A stretch of DNA of 64,000 nucleotides from Castellaniella sp. (GCF_004321985.1 NZ_SCQN01000009.1:25033-89032), one strand, 5' to 3'; positions 1-10,048 are shown, counted from the stretch's first letter. Notes: generated from the sequence alone by a model not told the origin. Numbers and translations: made by a program.

Positions 1-448
1 CCGCCGCCAGGAGCGCCTCGGCAATCGCTGACCCGGCACCCCCCGCCCCCACGACCAAGACGCGCACTCCATGCGGATCCAGCCCCGTCTTGCGCAGCGC
101 CTGTACGAACCCCAGCCCGTCGACCTGATCGCCAAACCAGGTCCCATCGGCCCGACGTCGGGCGACGTTGACCGCCCCAAGCAGCCGGGCCCTGGGCGTC
201 AGATCGTCACACTGCTCGGCGATACTGAACTTGTGCGGTACCGTGGCGATCACCCCGTCGACATTCTGTGTCGCCTTCACGCCCGCGAAAAAGGTGGCGA
301 ATGCTTCGCGGCTGACGTGAGCAGGCAATACCACCGCATCCATGCCCAGGGTCCCGAACCCGGCCGTCATTCCGCCGGGTGACTTCACTTGCTCGATGGG
401 GTCACCGACGATGTAGTAAACCCGCGTTTTTCCAGACAAACTCAGCAC
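1..448 (-). CDS. Shikimate/quinate dehydrogenase-like protein (AroE/YdiB family), 3' end outside window
   Basis: Not in ORF track. Manual minus-strand translation from GTG at 448: (M)LSLSGKTRVYYIVGDPIEQVKSPGGMTA... and ...VLVVGAGGAGSAIAEALLAA (nucleotide-binding GAGGA motif) at the window edge. Confidence 0.85.
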   Translation of the reverse strand, partial: MLSLSGKTRVYYIVGDPIEQVKSPGGMTAGFGTLGMDAVVLPAHVSREAFATFFAGVKATQNVDGVIATVPHKFSIAEQCDDLTPRARLLGAVNVARRRADGTWFGDQVDGLGFVQALRKTGLDPHGVRVLVVGAGGAGSAIAEALLAA

Positions 449-557
449 GATTTTCGGTCCTTGGTTTTCCCGCCGGGCTCCGCCGGCGCAGGAACCGTAT
501 CACGCTACTGCCTGGGCGGCGATCCGGCAAGATCTGCGCCGCCGCACCGCTGCCGTA

Positions 558-1541
558 CTACGGCGCCACATCCTCCACCTCCGCCTCCCGGGTCTGCTGG
601 CGTGCGCTGCGCTTCAATGCATCGATCAGCAACCCCGCCGACGGTGACAAGTCGGACCCCCGGCGCGTCACCAGCTCGTAGGGCTCGGTGCGCGCCCGGA
701 TGGTCACCGGCAAAATGGACACAAGCCGTTTGGCGGCAAAGATCTCGGCTGTTTCCCGGGAGACCAGACTGACCAGGCCGGGGTCCGCGTTCAGCAAGAG
801 GATAGTGACGAAAGTCGATGAGGCTTCGATCGGATGCGTGGGCATCTCCAGTCCCTGCTCCATGAGTTCCCGTTCGAGCAACCGCTGAGCCGGCATGCGG
901 TTCGGGTACAGCACCCAGCGGCGGGTGCACAGATCCGCCAGGGATGACACTCCGCCCCGCGACAGCGGGGAGTCGGGCCCGGCCACGACGGCAATCCGCT
1001 CAGCGCCGAATTCGACACGATCGAAGATGTCCGGATTCGCACAGACGGCGGTCCGGCAGATGGCCACATCCAGCAGGCCCTCGCTCAGGTCCGCGAGCAG
1101 AGAGGCGCTTGTGCCTTCCCGAAGCTTCACAGTGATTCCGGGGTGGTTGCGCTGCATGTTGATCACGGCCCGCACCGCAATGGTTGGAAAGGCGCCGGCA
1201 ACGGCGCCCAGAGACACCGTACCGCCCTGCCCGGCTTCCAGCGCCCGGACCTCCGCGGACATTCGGGCCAGTTCGGCGGACATGACGCGGGCATACCGGA
1301 TGACGCATCGGCCAGATGGCGTGGCCACTACGCCATGGGCGGAACGCTCGAACAACTGGACGCCGATGGCGGATTCCACCTCCAGCAGAATCTTGGTGAC
1401 AGCAGGCTGGGTCAGGCACAGAAGATCGGCCGCTCGATGCATGGACCCGGATTCATCCAGTGTGATGAGAACCCGCAGGTGGCGAAAACGCAGCTTGGTT
1501 ACCAGGGCCTGGATGTCTTCTGTCGTGTCCATATGGGTCAT
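558..1541 (-). CDS. LysR-family transcriptional regulator (GbpR-like)
   Basis: N-terminal HTH LRFRHLRVLITLDESGSMHRAADLLCLTQPAVTK; 327 aa; divergent from the ICL-family gene. Confidence 0.93.
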   Translation of the reverse strand: MTHMDTTEDIQALVTKLRFRHLRVLITLDESGSMHRAADLLCLTQPAVTKILLEVESAIGVQLFERSAHGVVATPSGRCVIRYARVMSAELARMSAEVRALEAGQGGTVSLGAVAGAFPTIAVRAVINMQRNHPGITVKLREGTSASLLADLSEGLLDVAICRTAVCANPDIFDRVEFGAERIAVVAGPDSPLSRGGVSSLADLCTRRWVLYPNRMPAQRLLERELMEQGLEMPTHPIEASSTFVTILLLNADPGLVSLVSRETAEIFAAKRLVSILPVTIRARTEPYELVTRRGSDLSPSAGLLIDALKRSARQQTREAEVEDVAP

Positions 1542-1656
1542 AACGATTCCTCATCACCGGATGTCTCATTGTCACTATCGGCGCCACAGGTGTCCAGATA
1601 CACTCAAAACCACTGAATACACAGCGTTTGATTTCCTGATTCAATGGAGCGCCGCA

Positions 1657-2257
1657 ATGACCGCTGAGGGTCCGTGCCTGGCCGAACGACTCGATCGCGG
1701 AGATTTCATCGTCGCCCCAGGGTGTCACGATGCACTGGGTGCCAGGATTCTCGCGCAGGCTGGATTCGGGGCGATCTATCTGTCGGGCAATGGGCTGTCG
1801 GCGAGCCTGCTGGGCGCACCCGACATCGGCCTGCTGACGCTGACGGAAATGGCTGAACGCGCCCGCGCGGTTGCGGCGGCCGTGCCGGTGCCGGTCATTG
1901 CGGACGCCGACACGGGATACGGGAATCTGAACAATGTCGCCCGTACCGTGAAACTCTACGAGCAGGCCGGGGTGGCCGCGCTGCACCTCGAAGACCAGTC
2001 CACCCCCAAGAAATGCGGCGCGATGGATACGCTGAGCCTGATCGACGCCGACGAACACGCCGAAAAGATCCGCGCGGCTACTGCGGCTCGCACCCATTCC
2101 CGATTCCTGATCATCGGCCGGTCGGACGCGCGCGCATCGCTGGGGCTAGACGAAGCCATCCGCCGAGGGCAGACCTATGCGCGGGCTGCCAGCCGCCGAG
2201 CAAGCGACTTCGCTGGACGAATACCAGAAGATCCTTGATCTGAACGCCTATCACTGA
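1657..2257 (+). pseudogene. Isocitrate lyase/PEP mutase-family lyase, truncated by internal deletion and frameshift
   Basis: ATG 1657; motifs APGCHDAL, ADADTGYG, LHLEDQ..PKKCG, IIGRSDA. Stops at 2238 after only 193 aa (family usually about 290 aa). A C-terminus-like peptide GLPAAEQATSLDEYQKILDLNAYH lies in another frame at 2183-2257. Confidence 0.8.
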
Positions 2258-2427
2258 ACTAGCGTCAGACGATCATATCGAAAGCAGCGCGCCAGACGAA
2301 ACAGAGGAATACCGAACAAACAAATCACGGTTAGGAGACTCCGACAGCCAGCAACAAGATGAATGTCGAAGCCGCTTATACGCAGGCATCATCAACAAAG
2401 CCACCGGAGTGGCTGTAGGAGACTGAC

Positions 2428-3705
2428 ATGAAGTTTTTGTGGAGTTGTATCAAGATACCGGCGATAGTTGCCGCCGCGGCTTTCGCATTCGGAAGCCCCG
2501 CCTCGGCAAAAGAAGATCCGCTGGTCGTGGCACTCATCACCAACATCAGCGACTACCACACGGTAAAGCCGTTGATGGACAAGTGGACCAAAGAGACCGG
2601 CCACCCGGTGAAGATCATCGAGGAGAGCACGGAAACCTATCTGACGAACTATATACTCGCAGCCCGCACTGGCACTCCAAAGCTGGACGTCGTGTACTTC
2701 TGGGATTATTCAACGGGTTCGCTTTATCCGTTTCTGACTCCGCTGGATGGCAGCGCCGATCCAGCCTTGAAACTGAGCAAAACCGATGAAGACGACTTCA
2801 TAAAGCCTTTTCTCGACCCTTACAATGGCCACCTGTATTCCATCCCGTACAGCATCGATGTGAGGCTGCTCTATTACCGGACTGATCTGTTCAAGAAGGC
2901 CGGGATCTCCGAGCCCCCAAAAACGTGGGATGAGTTGATGGCCGATGCCAAGGCCCTGACCAAAGACACGAACGGCGGTGGCGTCACCAACCAATGGGGC
3001 TTCGTATCAGTGGGCAAGCCGGCCGGTTTCTGGAACATCTCCACCTTCACGGATTTCCTGGTCCAGGCAGGCGGACACCTCTTCGTCGACGGAAAGCCGG
3101 CGTTCGATACCCCGGCCGGCGTGAAAGCACTGCAGTTCTACGTGGATCTCTACAACTCGGTGATGCCGCCGGATTCCACAACGTACACCAGCAGCAACGT
3201 CCATACCGGCTTCCTGAACGGCTCGTTCGCGATGGCCAACCACTGGCCCTATATGCAAGGCATGATCGAGCAATCGAAGCTGGCCGGCAAGACAGGGTAT
3301 GCGATGGAGCCGACGCCACCGGGCGGGATCCACGGCACAATGACCAACACGTGGGGCTTCGGCATCATGAAGAACTCCACCCAGAAGAAGCTCGCGTTCG
3401 ACTTCATCAAGTGGATGACGAGCACACAATCGGGCATCTATGAGTTCAGCAAGCAGCAGGATTACTCGCTGAGAAAGTCCGTGTATGCCTCACCTGAAGC
3501 AAAGGCACTGGTGCCGGCAAGCTATTGGGACTTTTCTCAGTTTGTCTTCAAGGTCATGCAGGGTAACCAGCCCGTTCGCCCGCCATCACAACAAGCAGCA
3601 CAGGTACTGCTGGAACAGATCGACAACGCTCTGCACCGCAAGGTCACGCCGCAACAGGCTCTGGATACCGCAAAACAGAAGATAGAAGCCCTGCCAAAGG
3701 CGTAG
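2428..3705 (+). CDS. Carbohydrate (CUT1) ABC transporter substrate-binding protein
   Basis: Signal peptide (AFAFGSPASA), family-1 SBP pattern LYYRTDLFKKAGISEPPKTWDEL; RBS TAGGAG. Confidence 0.92.
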   Translation: MKFLWSCIKIPAIVAAAAFAFGSPASAKEDPLVVALITNISDYHTVKPLMDKWTKETGHPVKIIEESTETYLTNYILAARTGTPKLDVVYFWDYSTGSLYPFLTPLDGSADPALKLSKTDEDDFIKPFLDPYNGHLYSIPYSIDVRLLYYRTDLFKKAGISEPPKTWDELMADAKALTKDTNGGGVTNQWGFVSVGKPAGFWNISTFTDFLVQAGGHLFVDGKPAFDTPAGVKALQFYVDLYNSVMPPDSTTYTSSNVHTGFLNGSFAMANHWPYMQGMIEQSKLAGKTGYAMEPTPPGGIHGTMTNTWGFGIMKNSTQKKLAFDFIKWMTSTQSGIYEFSKQQDYSLRKSVYASPEAKALVPASYWDFSQFVFKVMQGNQPVRPPSQQAAQVLLEQIDNALHRKVTPQQALDTAKQKIEALPKA

Positions 3706-3751
3706 GAACCCTGCTCTGCAATATTTGCGCAACATGGCAGCGTGTACCCGA

Positions 3752-3821
3752 TGCCGTCGGCGCGACGGCACGGATCGTGTCCCGCCTCCGGGAGAATCTC
3801 GCAATACCCGGGGGCGGGACA
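3752..3821 (+). other. Two strong intercistronic stem-loops between SBP and permease genes
   Basis: TGCCGTCG-gcg-CGACGGCA (3752-3770) and TGTCCCGCCTCCGGG...CCCGGGGGCGGGACA (3778-3821, 15 bp with one G-U). Confidence 0.75.
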
Positions 3822-3888
3822 TGGCACGAGCATCCTATGATCGGTCGGGGAACGTATCTCCTATTTCATCCGGACAGATGAGGGCCAT

Positions 3889-4809
3889 GTGGCTAACCTG
3901 AGAGACAAGCTTCAAGATTGCATCCGGCGATGGACGACCGAGACGGACGCCGTCGGCTTGTTGTTCACGATTCCAGGTCTGCTTCTCCTGGTGGCAATAC
4001 TGGCCTACCCGGTGTTCCAGGGCCTCTGGCTGAGTCTGCAGCACTACGATCTGTCCAGTATCGCCGCACCTTTTTTCGTCGGCCTGCAAAACTACATACA
4101 GGCCTTCCACAGCGACGATTTTCTCGCGGCGCTCTGGCATACCCTGTATATCGTCGCGGTTGCGCTCGTGCTGGAATTTGTCCTGGGCCTGGCACTTGCC
4201 CACCTCTTCAATCAGGAGTTTCCGTTTCGGCGCATCCTGCTGGGTCTCATCCTAGTTCCCTGGATGGTCGCCCCGGTCGTTGCCGCGCTCGTATGGTCGC
4301 AGCTTCTCAACGAGAGCTACGGAATCGTCAACTATTTCCTCTTGAAGACGGGGCTGGTCCACCACAGCGTCGGCTGGCTGACGAATCCCACGCTAGCCTT
4401 GCACGTCATGATAGGAGTGGACGTCTGGCATGAGACCCCATTCGTCTTCATCATCCTGCTGGCGGGTCTCCAGGGAATCAACAAAGATGTGTACGAAGCG
4501 GCGGAGCTCGATGGAGCCGGACCATGGCAGCGCCTTTGGTTCGTCACGCTGCCAATGTTGCGCCCGGCCATCGCCTTGGCCCTGCTTCTGAGAACCATGA
4601 TCGCCCTGCGATTCTTCGATATCCCCTGGATCATGACAGGGGGCGGGCCCGCGGGTGCGACGGAGGTGCTCGGCACCCGATCCTACGAAGCCGCCTTCAT
4701 GTCGTTCAAGCTGGGGTATGGGTCCGCCATCGCCACTGTGATTCTCATCCTCTCGTTGATCTTATCTTTGGCATACATAAAGATCCTGTACAAGAAAAGG
4801 GCGTCATAA
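3889..4809 (+). CDS. Carbohydrate ABC transporter permease (MalF-type)
   Basis: Hydrophobic; EAA loop YEAAELDGAGPWQRLWFVTLPML; GTG start. Confidence 0.93.
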   Translation: MANLRDKLQDCIRRWTTETDAVGLLFTIPGLLLLVAILAYPVFQGLWLSLQHYDLSSIAAPFFVGLQNYIQAFHSDDFLAALWHTLYIVAVALVLEFVLGLALAHLFNQEFPFRRILLGLILVPWMVAPVVAALVWSQLLNESYGIVNYFLLKTGLVHHSVGWLTNPTLALHVMIGVDVWHETPFVFIILLAGLQGINKDVYEAAELDGAGPWQRLWFVTLPMLRPAIALALLLRTMIALRFFDIPWIMTGGGPAGATEVLGTRSYEAAFMSFKLGYGSAIATVILILSLILSLAYIKILYKKRAS

Positions 4810-4812
4810 GCC

Positions 4813-5658
4813 ATGGGCCACAATGAATCGTCTCGCGGCAGGAAACTCGTCTATCTGGTGATCGCGCTGATAGCCGCCGGAATTTCACTTCTGCCGGTGA
4901 TATGGCTCGTCTTCACGTCGTTCAAAGATCACGACGAGATATTCGCATCGACACCGACACTGGTACCGCATCACTTCACCGCCATCCAGTACATCAATCT
5001 CTTCGTCAAAGACGACTATGCCCAGTACATATGGAACAGCATCGTCATTTCCGCAATAACCACCGCCGTGGTATTGCTGCTTGGCATTCTGTCCGCATTC
5101 GGCTACTCCAAATTTTTCAGCTTCAAGGGCAAAAACACGATGTTCCTGTTCGTGCTGATTTCCAGGATGTTGCCGCCGATTGCCATCGTGGTGCCGCTTT
5201 ACGTCCTATTTGCCGCATTTGGCCTTTTGAACACGAGACTCGGGCTGATTTTCATCAATTCGGCAATCGCCTTGCCGCTGGCGATATGGATGCTGACCAC
5301 GTTCTTTGACGACATTCCGAAGTCACTGATCGATGCCGCCAGGATCGATGGGTGCAATTCGTTTGGCATACTCTGGTACGTCATCATCCCGCTATCGAAA
5401 TCTGCGATAGCAAGCACCGTCACCATCACCTTTCTGACTGCGTGGAACCTGTTCCTCATACCGCTGATTTTCGGCAAGAGCGACAGTACTCAATTGTTGC
5501 CTGTGGCGATTTCCAAACTTGCATACGGCGAGTATGGAACCGCCTGGGGAGGACTTGCCGCCCTGTCGGTGGCAATGATCGTGCCCGTCGCGCTGATCGG
5601 GTTGTTCGGCCAGCGATATCTAGCCTCCGGACTGACCGCGGGAGCCGAGAAGGGCTGA
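4813..5658 (+). CDS. Carbohydrate ABC transporter permease (MalG-type)
   Basis: EAA loop DIPKSLIDAARIDGCNSFGILWYVIIPLS. Confidence 0.93.
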   Translation: MGHNESSRGRKLVYLVIALIAAGISLLPVIWLVFTSFKDHDEIFASTPTLVPHHFTAIQYINLFVKDDYAQYIWNSIVISAITTAVVLLLGILSAFGYSKFFSFKGKNTMFLFVLISRMLPPIAIVVPLYVLFAAFGLLNTRLGLIFINSAIALPLAIWMLTTFFDDIPKSLIDAARIDGCNSFGILWYVIIPLSKSAIASTVTITFLTAWNLFLIPLIFGKSDSTQLLPVAISKLAYGEYGTAWGGLAALSVAMIVPVALIGLFGQRYLASGLTAGAEKG

Positions 5659-5756
5659 CCATCGACGGCGGATGATGGCTCCGAATTCGCCCGTCATATG
5701 CCGCGGCTTTCACACCGACTGGAGCCAGCGACGGATTCTTATCACGTGAGGAAGAA

Positions 5757-6428
5757 ATGCTCAAACAGATCAATGAATTCAACAGAGACCGGGACATGCT
5801 CGAACAGTTCGACAGCATCTTGTCGACCTATTCGATCTCGGCCGTGATCGCCGATTCACAGTACAGAACCGGCGTGATGGATAGCGGCATCAAACCCGTC
5901 TTCCGTGCAAAGGTTTGCGGCCAAGCCGTCACCGTCCAGCTCTCGAAAGGAGATCTGGTCGACCCATTGAAGGCTTTGGAGGTCTCCCAGCCGGGAGACA
6001 TCATCGTGGTGGACGCCGGCGGTGATCTCAATACATCAGTATGCGGCGGACTCATGGGAGGGTTGGCCAAGAATCGCGGAATCAGGGGCATGATCGTCGA
6101 CGGCGCGGGCCGTGACATCGATGAGCTGGAAGACATTCATTGGCCCATCTGGGTCAGAGCGGTTACTCCGCGCGGCACCCACACCATGTTCTCGGGCCGA
6201 AAGGACGAGCTGTCCATCAACGTACCGATCTCGGTGGGTGGAGAACTGGTCAAGCCGGGGGACTTCATTGTCGCGGATCTCCTGGGCGTGGTGGTCGTGC
6301 CGTATGAAAACGCGCGAGAGGTCGTGCAAAAGGCCAGGGAGCAGGCGGCGCGCGAAGCGGCAACTCGCGAGCAAGTTGCACAGGGGGCCACGGTGGATGA
6401 ACTACTTGCCAAGTTTGGCCGCATATAG
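5757..6428 (+). CDS. RraA-family protein / HMG-CHA-type 4-hydroxy-2-oxoacid aldolase-like
   Basis: GQAVTV, PGDIIVVDAGG, GGLMG..AKNRGIRGMIVDGAGRD (conserved RD), PGDFIVADLLGVVVVP. Confidence 0.85.
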   Translation: MLKQINEFNRDRDMLEQFDSILSTYSISAVIADSQYRTGVMDSGIKPVFRAKVCGQAVTVQLSKGDLVDPLKALEVSQPGDIIVVDAGGDLNTSVCGGLMGGLAKNRGIRGMIVDGAGRDIDELEDIHWPIWVRAVTPRGTHTMFSGRKDELSINVPISVGGELVKPGDFIVADLLGVVVVPYENAREVVQKAREQAAREAATREQVAQGATVDELLAKFGRI

Positions 6429-6506
6429 GTCTTGGAAGCCGGGTACCCATCAGACTGCTGCAGACCAGGACCCCCTAGAGCCCTGAACAACAAAGGACAT
6501 CGTTTC

Positions 6507-7613
6507 ATGGCAATCGTAGAACTCCGACAAGTCAGCAAGCGTTATCCTGGTGCGGAACAATTAGCGGTGGATGACTTCAACCTGGTGACGAAAGACGGTG
6601 AATTCATCGTGTTGGTCGGTCCTTCCGGCTGCGGCAAGACGACGACGATGCGCATGATTGCGGGCTTGGACCGGCATACTCATGGGCAAATCCTTATCAA
6701 TGGGCGCGATGTCAGTGGTGTCCCGGCCAAGGATCGCGATATCGCCATGGTGTTCCAGAGCTACGCCCTATACCCGCATATGACTGTGCGCGAAAACATG
6801 GGGTTCTCGCTCAGGCTGAAAAGATACGGCAAGACGGATATCAGCAAGCGAGTCAATGAGACCGCCGCAATACTGGGCATCGAGAAACTGCTTGACCGCA
6901 GGCCCAAGGATCTGTCGGGTGGCCAGCAGCAGCGTGTGGCGCTGGGACGCGCGATCGTACGCCAACCGCAAGTCTTTCTGATGGACGAACCACTGTCGAA
7001 TCTCGACGCGAAGCTTCGGGTGGACATGCGGGCCGAGATCGTCAAATTGCACCACCAGCTTGGTGTCACGACGTTTTATGTCACCCACGACCAGATCGAA
7101 GCCATGACCATGGGCCAGCGTATCGCCGTCATGCGAGACGGCGTCATCCAGCAACTAGATCCACCCAACAGCCTTTACAAGAAACCGGTCAACGTCTTCG
7201 TGGCGGGATTCATCGGTACACCGTCCATGAATTTTCTTGCCGCCATCGTCGATGGCAATCGCGTGTCTGGAAAAGGCTTCTCGTTGCTGCTCGACGATGC
7301 GAAGCACAGCGCCATCGGCGAACGCGCGGAAGTATTGGTGGGCATTCGGCCAGAACACCTTCATTCAGCAACCGCAGGCGCGCTCGATCTGAAATTCACG
7401 GGTGCGATCGAGGTGGTGGAGCCTGTGGGCTCGTTCACCATGATCCAGGTTCGCGTCGGTGATACCGTCTTGACAGCGCAAATCGGATCGTCGGAACCCG
7501 CCAAGATCGGCGACCCCGTCGTACTCACCTGCCAATCGAACCAGATTTACTTGTTCGATCCACGGACTGATCTGGCATTGAGCGGAATCGACGGCCAATC
7601 GGAAACACACTAG
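6507..7613 (+). CDS. Carbohydrate ABC transporter ATP-binding protein (MalK/UgpC-type)
   Basis: Walker A GPSGCGKT, LSGGQQQRVALGRA, FLMDEPLSNLD, C-terminal TOBE-like region; start ATG 6507 after AAAGGA. Confidence 0.95.
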   Translation: MAIVELRQVSKRYPGAEQLAVDDFNLVTKDGEFIVLVGPSGCGKTTTMRMIAGLDRHTHGQILINGRDVSGVPAKDRDIAMVFQSYALYPHMTVRENMGFSLRLKRYGKTDISKRVNETAAILGIEKLLDRRPKDLSGGQQQRVALGRAIVRQPQVFLMDEPLSNLDAKLRVDMRAEIVKLHHQLGVTTFYVTHDQIEAMTMGQRIAVMRDGVIQQLDPPNSLYKKPVNVFVAGFIGTPSMNFLAAIVDGNRVSGKGFSLLLDDAKHSAIGERAEVLVGIRPEHLHSATAGALDLKFTGAIEVVEPVGSFTMIQVRVGDTVLTAQIGSSEPAKIGDPVVLTCQSNQIYLFDPRTDLALSGIDGQSETH

Positions 7614-9208
7614 GATGCATCCTGCAGGATCAGATCCGCGCCCTTCTCTGCCACCATCATGACGGCGCCCTGGGTATTGCCGGATACCATGGCCGGCATG
7701 ACCGAAGCATCCACGACTCGCAAGCCGGACAAGCCCTTTACCCGCAGCCGAGAATCGACCACCGCCAGCGGATCGGCACCCATGTGGCAGGTACCGATGG
7801 GGTGATAAATGGTCTGCCCGTTGGTGCGCGCAAAGTCCAGCCACTGCTCGCGCGTACGGATCTCCGCACCCGGGCTGATTTCCTGGGCAACGTAGCGGGC
7901 CATCGAGGGTTGGGCCACGATACGCCTGGCCACCTCCATGCCGCCGATCAGGCTGTCCTGATCCTCCTCGCAGTCCAGGAAATTGGGACGTATCGACGGG
8001 CCGTCAAACGGGTCGGCGGTGCGGACATGGATGCTGCCTCTAGACTGAGGCCGCATCTGCGCGACGCCCATTGTCATTCCCGGTAAATGATCCAGAATGC
8101 GCTCGGCAGCGTTGGAATAGCTCGCGTGCATGAAGAAATACTGGACGTCGGGCGCCGTCAGCTCGGGGCGGCTTCTGATGAAGCCAAACACCAGTCCCGT
8201 TCCCAGGGTCAGGATTCCCGTATGGCGGGTGAAATACTCTCCTACCGCCAGCGCAAGCCGCCAGCCCCGGGTCAACTCGTTGAGCGACTGCGTGTGATGC
8301 ACCCGCCAGTTCATGCGCGTGCAGAAGTGATCGATGTAGTGCTCGCCCACACCGGGCAGGTCATGACGCACGGTCACACCCGCACGCTGCAGGATTTCGG
8401 GGCAGCCGATGCCGGACAGCTCCAGGATCTGCGGGGTCTGTATCGCACCCGCCGCCATGATGACCTCGACCCGGGCCTGGACCGGGACATCCTGTCCATT
8501 CTGGCGATAGGTCACTCCCGTGCACCGGTTACCCGCTTCATCCAGGTCCACGCGAAGCACATGCGCCCGCGCCCGGATGGTGAGATTGGGCCTGCCGCGC
8601 GCGGGCTTCAGGTATCCATCGACCACGCTCCAGCGCCGCCCGCGGTGCTGCGCCACCTGATAATAGCCAAAGCCCTCTTGTGAGGCGCCGTTGTAATCGG
8701 GATTCAGTGGCTGGCCGTCCTCGCGGGCGGCCGCCAGCATGGCAGCCGACAGCGGATGCCTTTCCGCCACCTCGGTGATGTGCATGGGTCCGTCGTGCCC
8801 GCGCAAATCGCCGCCCCCGGCATAGTTTTCAAACCGGCGGAAATACGGCTCGACATCGGACCACGCCCAGCCCGAAGCGCCCAGTTCATTCCAGCGATCG
8901 TAATCGGAGGGTTGGCCACGGACGAAGATCATGCCGTTGATCAGCGTGGACCCACCCAGCCCCTTGCCGCGCGGCACCGCGATGCGTCGGTTCAGCGTAT
9001 TGGACTCCGGCTCCGTCTCGAAGCGCCAGTTGAAGCGCGGGTCCACCAGCAGCTTGCTGAAACCGGCCGGGATCGGAATCCAGAATCCCTGTTCGTCGGT
9101 ACCGGCCTCCAGCATCAGCACGGTATGCCTGCCGGACGCCGTCAGGCGGTTGGCCAATATGCACCCGGCCGTCCCGCCACCGACGATCACGTAATCGAAG
9201 GTTTCCAT
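7610..9208 (-). CDS. GMC-family FAD oxidoreductase (choline dehydrogenase-like)
   Basis: FDYVIVGGGTAGC, RGKGLGGSTLINGMIFVRG, TIYHPIGTCHMG, VSGNTQ. Confidence 0.93.
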   Translation of the reverse strand: METFDYVIVGGGTAGCILANRLTASGRHTVLMLEAGTDEQGFWIPIPAGFSKLLVDPRFNWRFETEPESNTLNRRIAVPRGKGLGGSTLINGMIFVRGQPSDYDRWNELGASGWAWSDVEPYFRRFENYAGGGDLRGHDGPMHITEVAERHPLSAAMLAAAREDGQPLNPDYNGASQEGFGYYQVAQHRGRRWSVVDGYLKPARGRPNLTIRARAHVLRVDLDEAGNRCTGVTYRQNGQDVPVQARVEVIMAAGAIQTPQILELSGIGCPEILQRAGVTVRHDLPGVGEHYIDHFCTRMNWRVHHTQSLNELTRGWRLALAVGEYFTRHTGILTLGTGLVFGFIRSRPELTAPDVQYFFMHASYSNAAERILDHLPGMTMGVAQMRPQSRGSIHVRTADPFDGPSIRPNFLDCEEDQDSLIGGMEVARRIVAQPSMARYVAQEISPGAEIRTREQWLDFARTNGQTIYHPIGTCHMGADPLAVVDSRLRVKGLSGLRVVDASVMPAMVSGNTQGAVMMVAEKGADLILQDAS

Positions 9209-9219
9209 GGTGACTGCCC

Positions 9220-10011
9220 TCAGGCCTGATCCAGCATGAAGCGCACCATCAGAACCACCTGACAGTCCAGCATATGACGGCCATAGTGGACGGTGCAGCC
9301 ACGCTGGCGGGCCGCTTCAAGCAAGGGGGTGACTTCCGGCTTCATGATGATTTCGGCCACCAGCGTCCGCGGCTCCAGCCCGGACACGTCCATCGGCAGC
9401 GGATCCTCGGGCCGCATCCCCAGCGAGGTCGCATTCACGACCATGTCATAGCCCCGGGGATCCGCATCGCCAACAGCGATGTCGGCCTGCGGCAAAGCGC
9501 GCCGAACGTGCTCCACGACTGTCTCCGCCTTTGCTCGGGTCCGATTGGCCACGGTTACTCGGCGTGCGCCGGCACCCGAAAGAGCAAACGCGATCGCTGA
9601 CGCGGCACCACCTGCCCCAAGCAGCAACACCCGCTTGCCGTCCGGATCATGACCCTGTGCCAGCAATCCGCCCACGAACCCGGCCCCATCGAACATCTCA
9701 CCCATCAGGCGGCCATCCACAGTCCGGCGGACCGTGTTGACCGAACCGATGGCACGCGCTGCGGGCCCAAGCTCGTCACACAGGCTGGCCATCGCGATCT
9801 TGTGAGGCACAGTCACAACGAAGCCGCTCAGGTTCTTCATGCGGCGCAGCCCGCTCAGGACTTCCTCCAGATCCGTAGAAGCCACATGCATGGGCACCAG
9901 AATGGCATCCAGACCGTGCGCCGCAAAATGTTCATTCAGAACCTGGGGCGTCCTGACCTGCGCCACAGGGTCCGCGAGGATTGCAAACAAACGCGTGTTT
10001 CCCGTAATCAT
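9220..10011 (-). CDS. Shikimate/quinate dehydrogenase-like protein (AroE/YdiB family)
   Basis: ITGNTRLFAILADPV, VTVPHK, SVNT, LGAGGAA, NRT, VNATSLGM. Confidence 0.9.
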   Translation of the reverse strand: MITGNTRLFAILADPVAQVRTPQVLNEHFAAHGLDAILVPMHVASTDLEEVLSGLRRMKNLSGFVVTVPHKIAMASLCDELGPAARAIGSVNTVRRTVDGRLMGEMFDGAGFVGGLLAQGHDPDGKRVLLLGAGGAASAIAFALSGAGARRVTVANRTRAKAETVVEHVRRALPQADIAVGDADPRGYDMVVNATSLGMRPEDPLPMDVSGLEPRTLVAEIIMKPEVTPLLEAARQRGCTVHYGRHMLDCQVVLMVRFMLDQA

Positions 10012-10048
10012 CCCTTTTCTCCGTCTTGTGCCGGGGGGCTGCGGACCG

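Noticed and set aside
895-1656. 447-aa ORF appearing to restore full length to the ICL-family gene
   Set aside because: The upstream part is antisense to the LysR; family homology starts at ATG 1657
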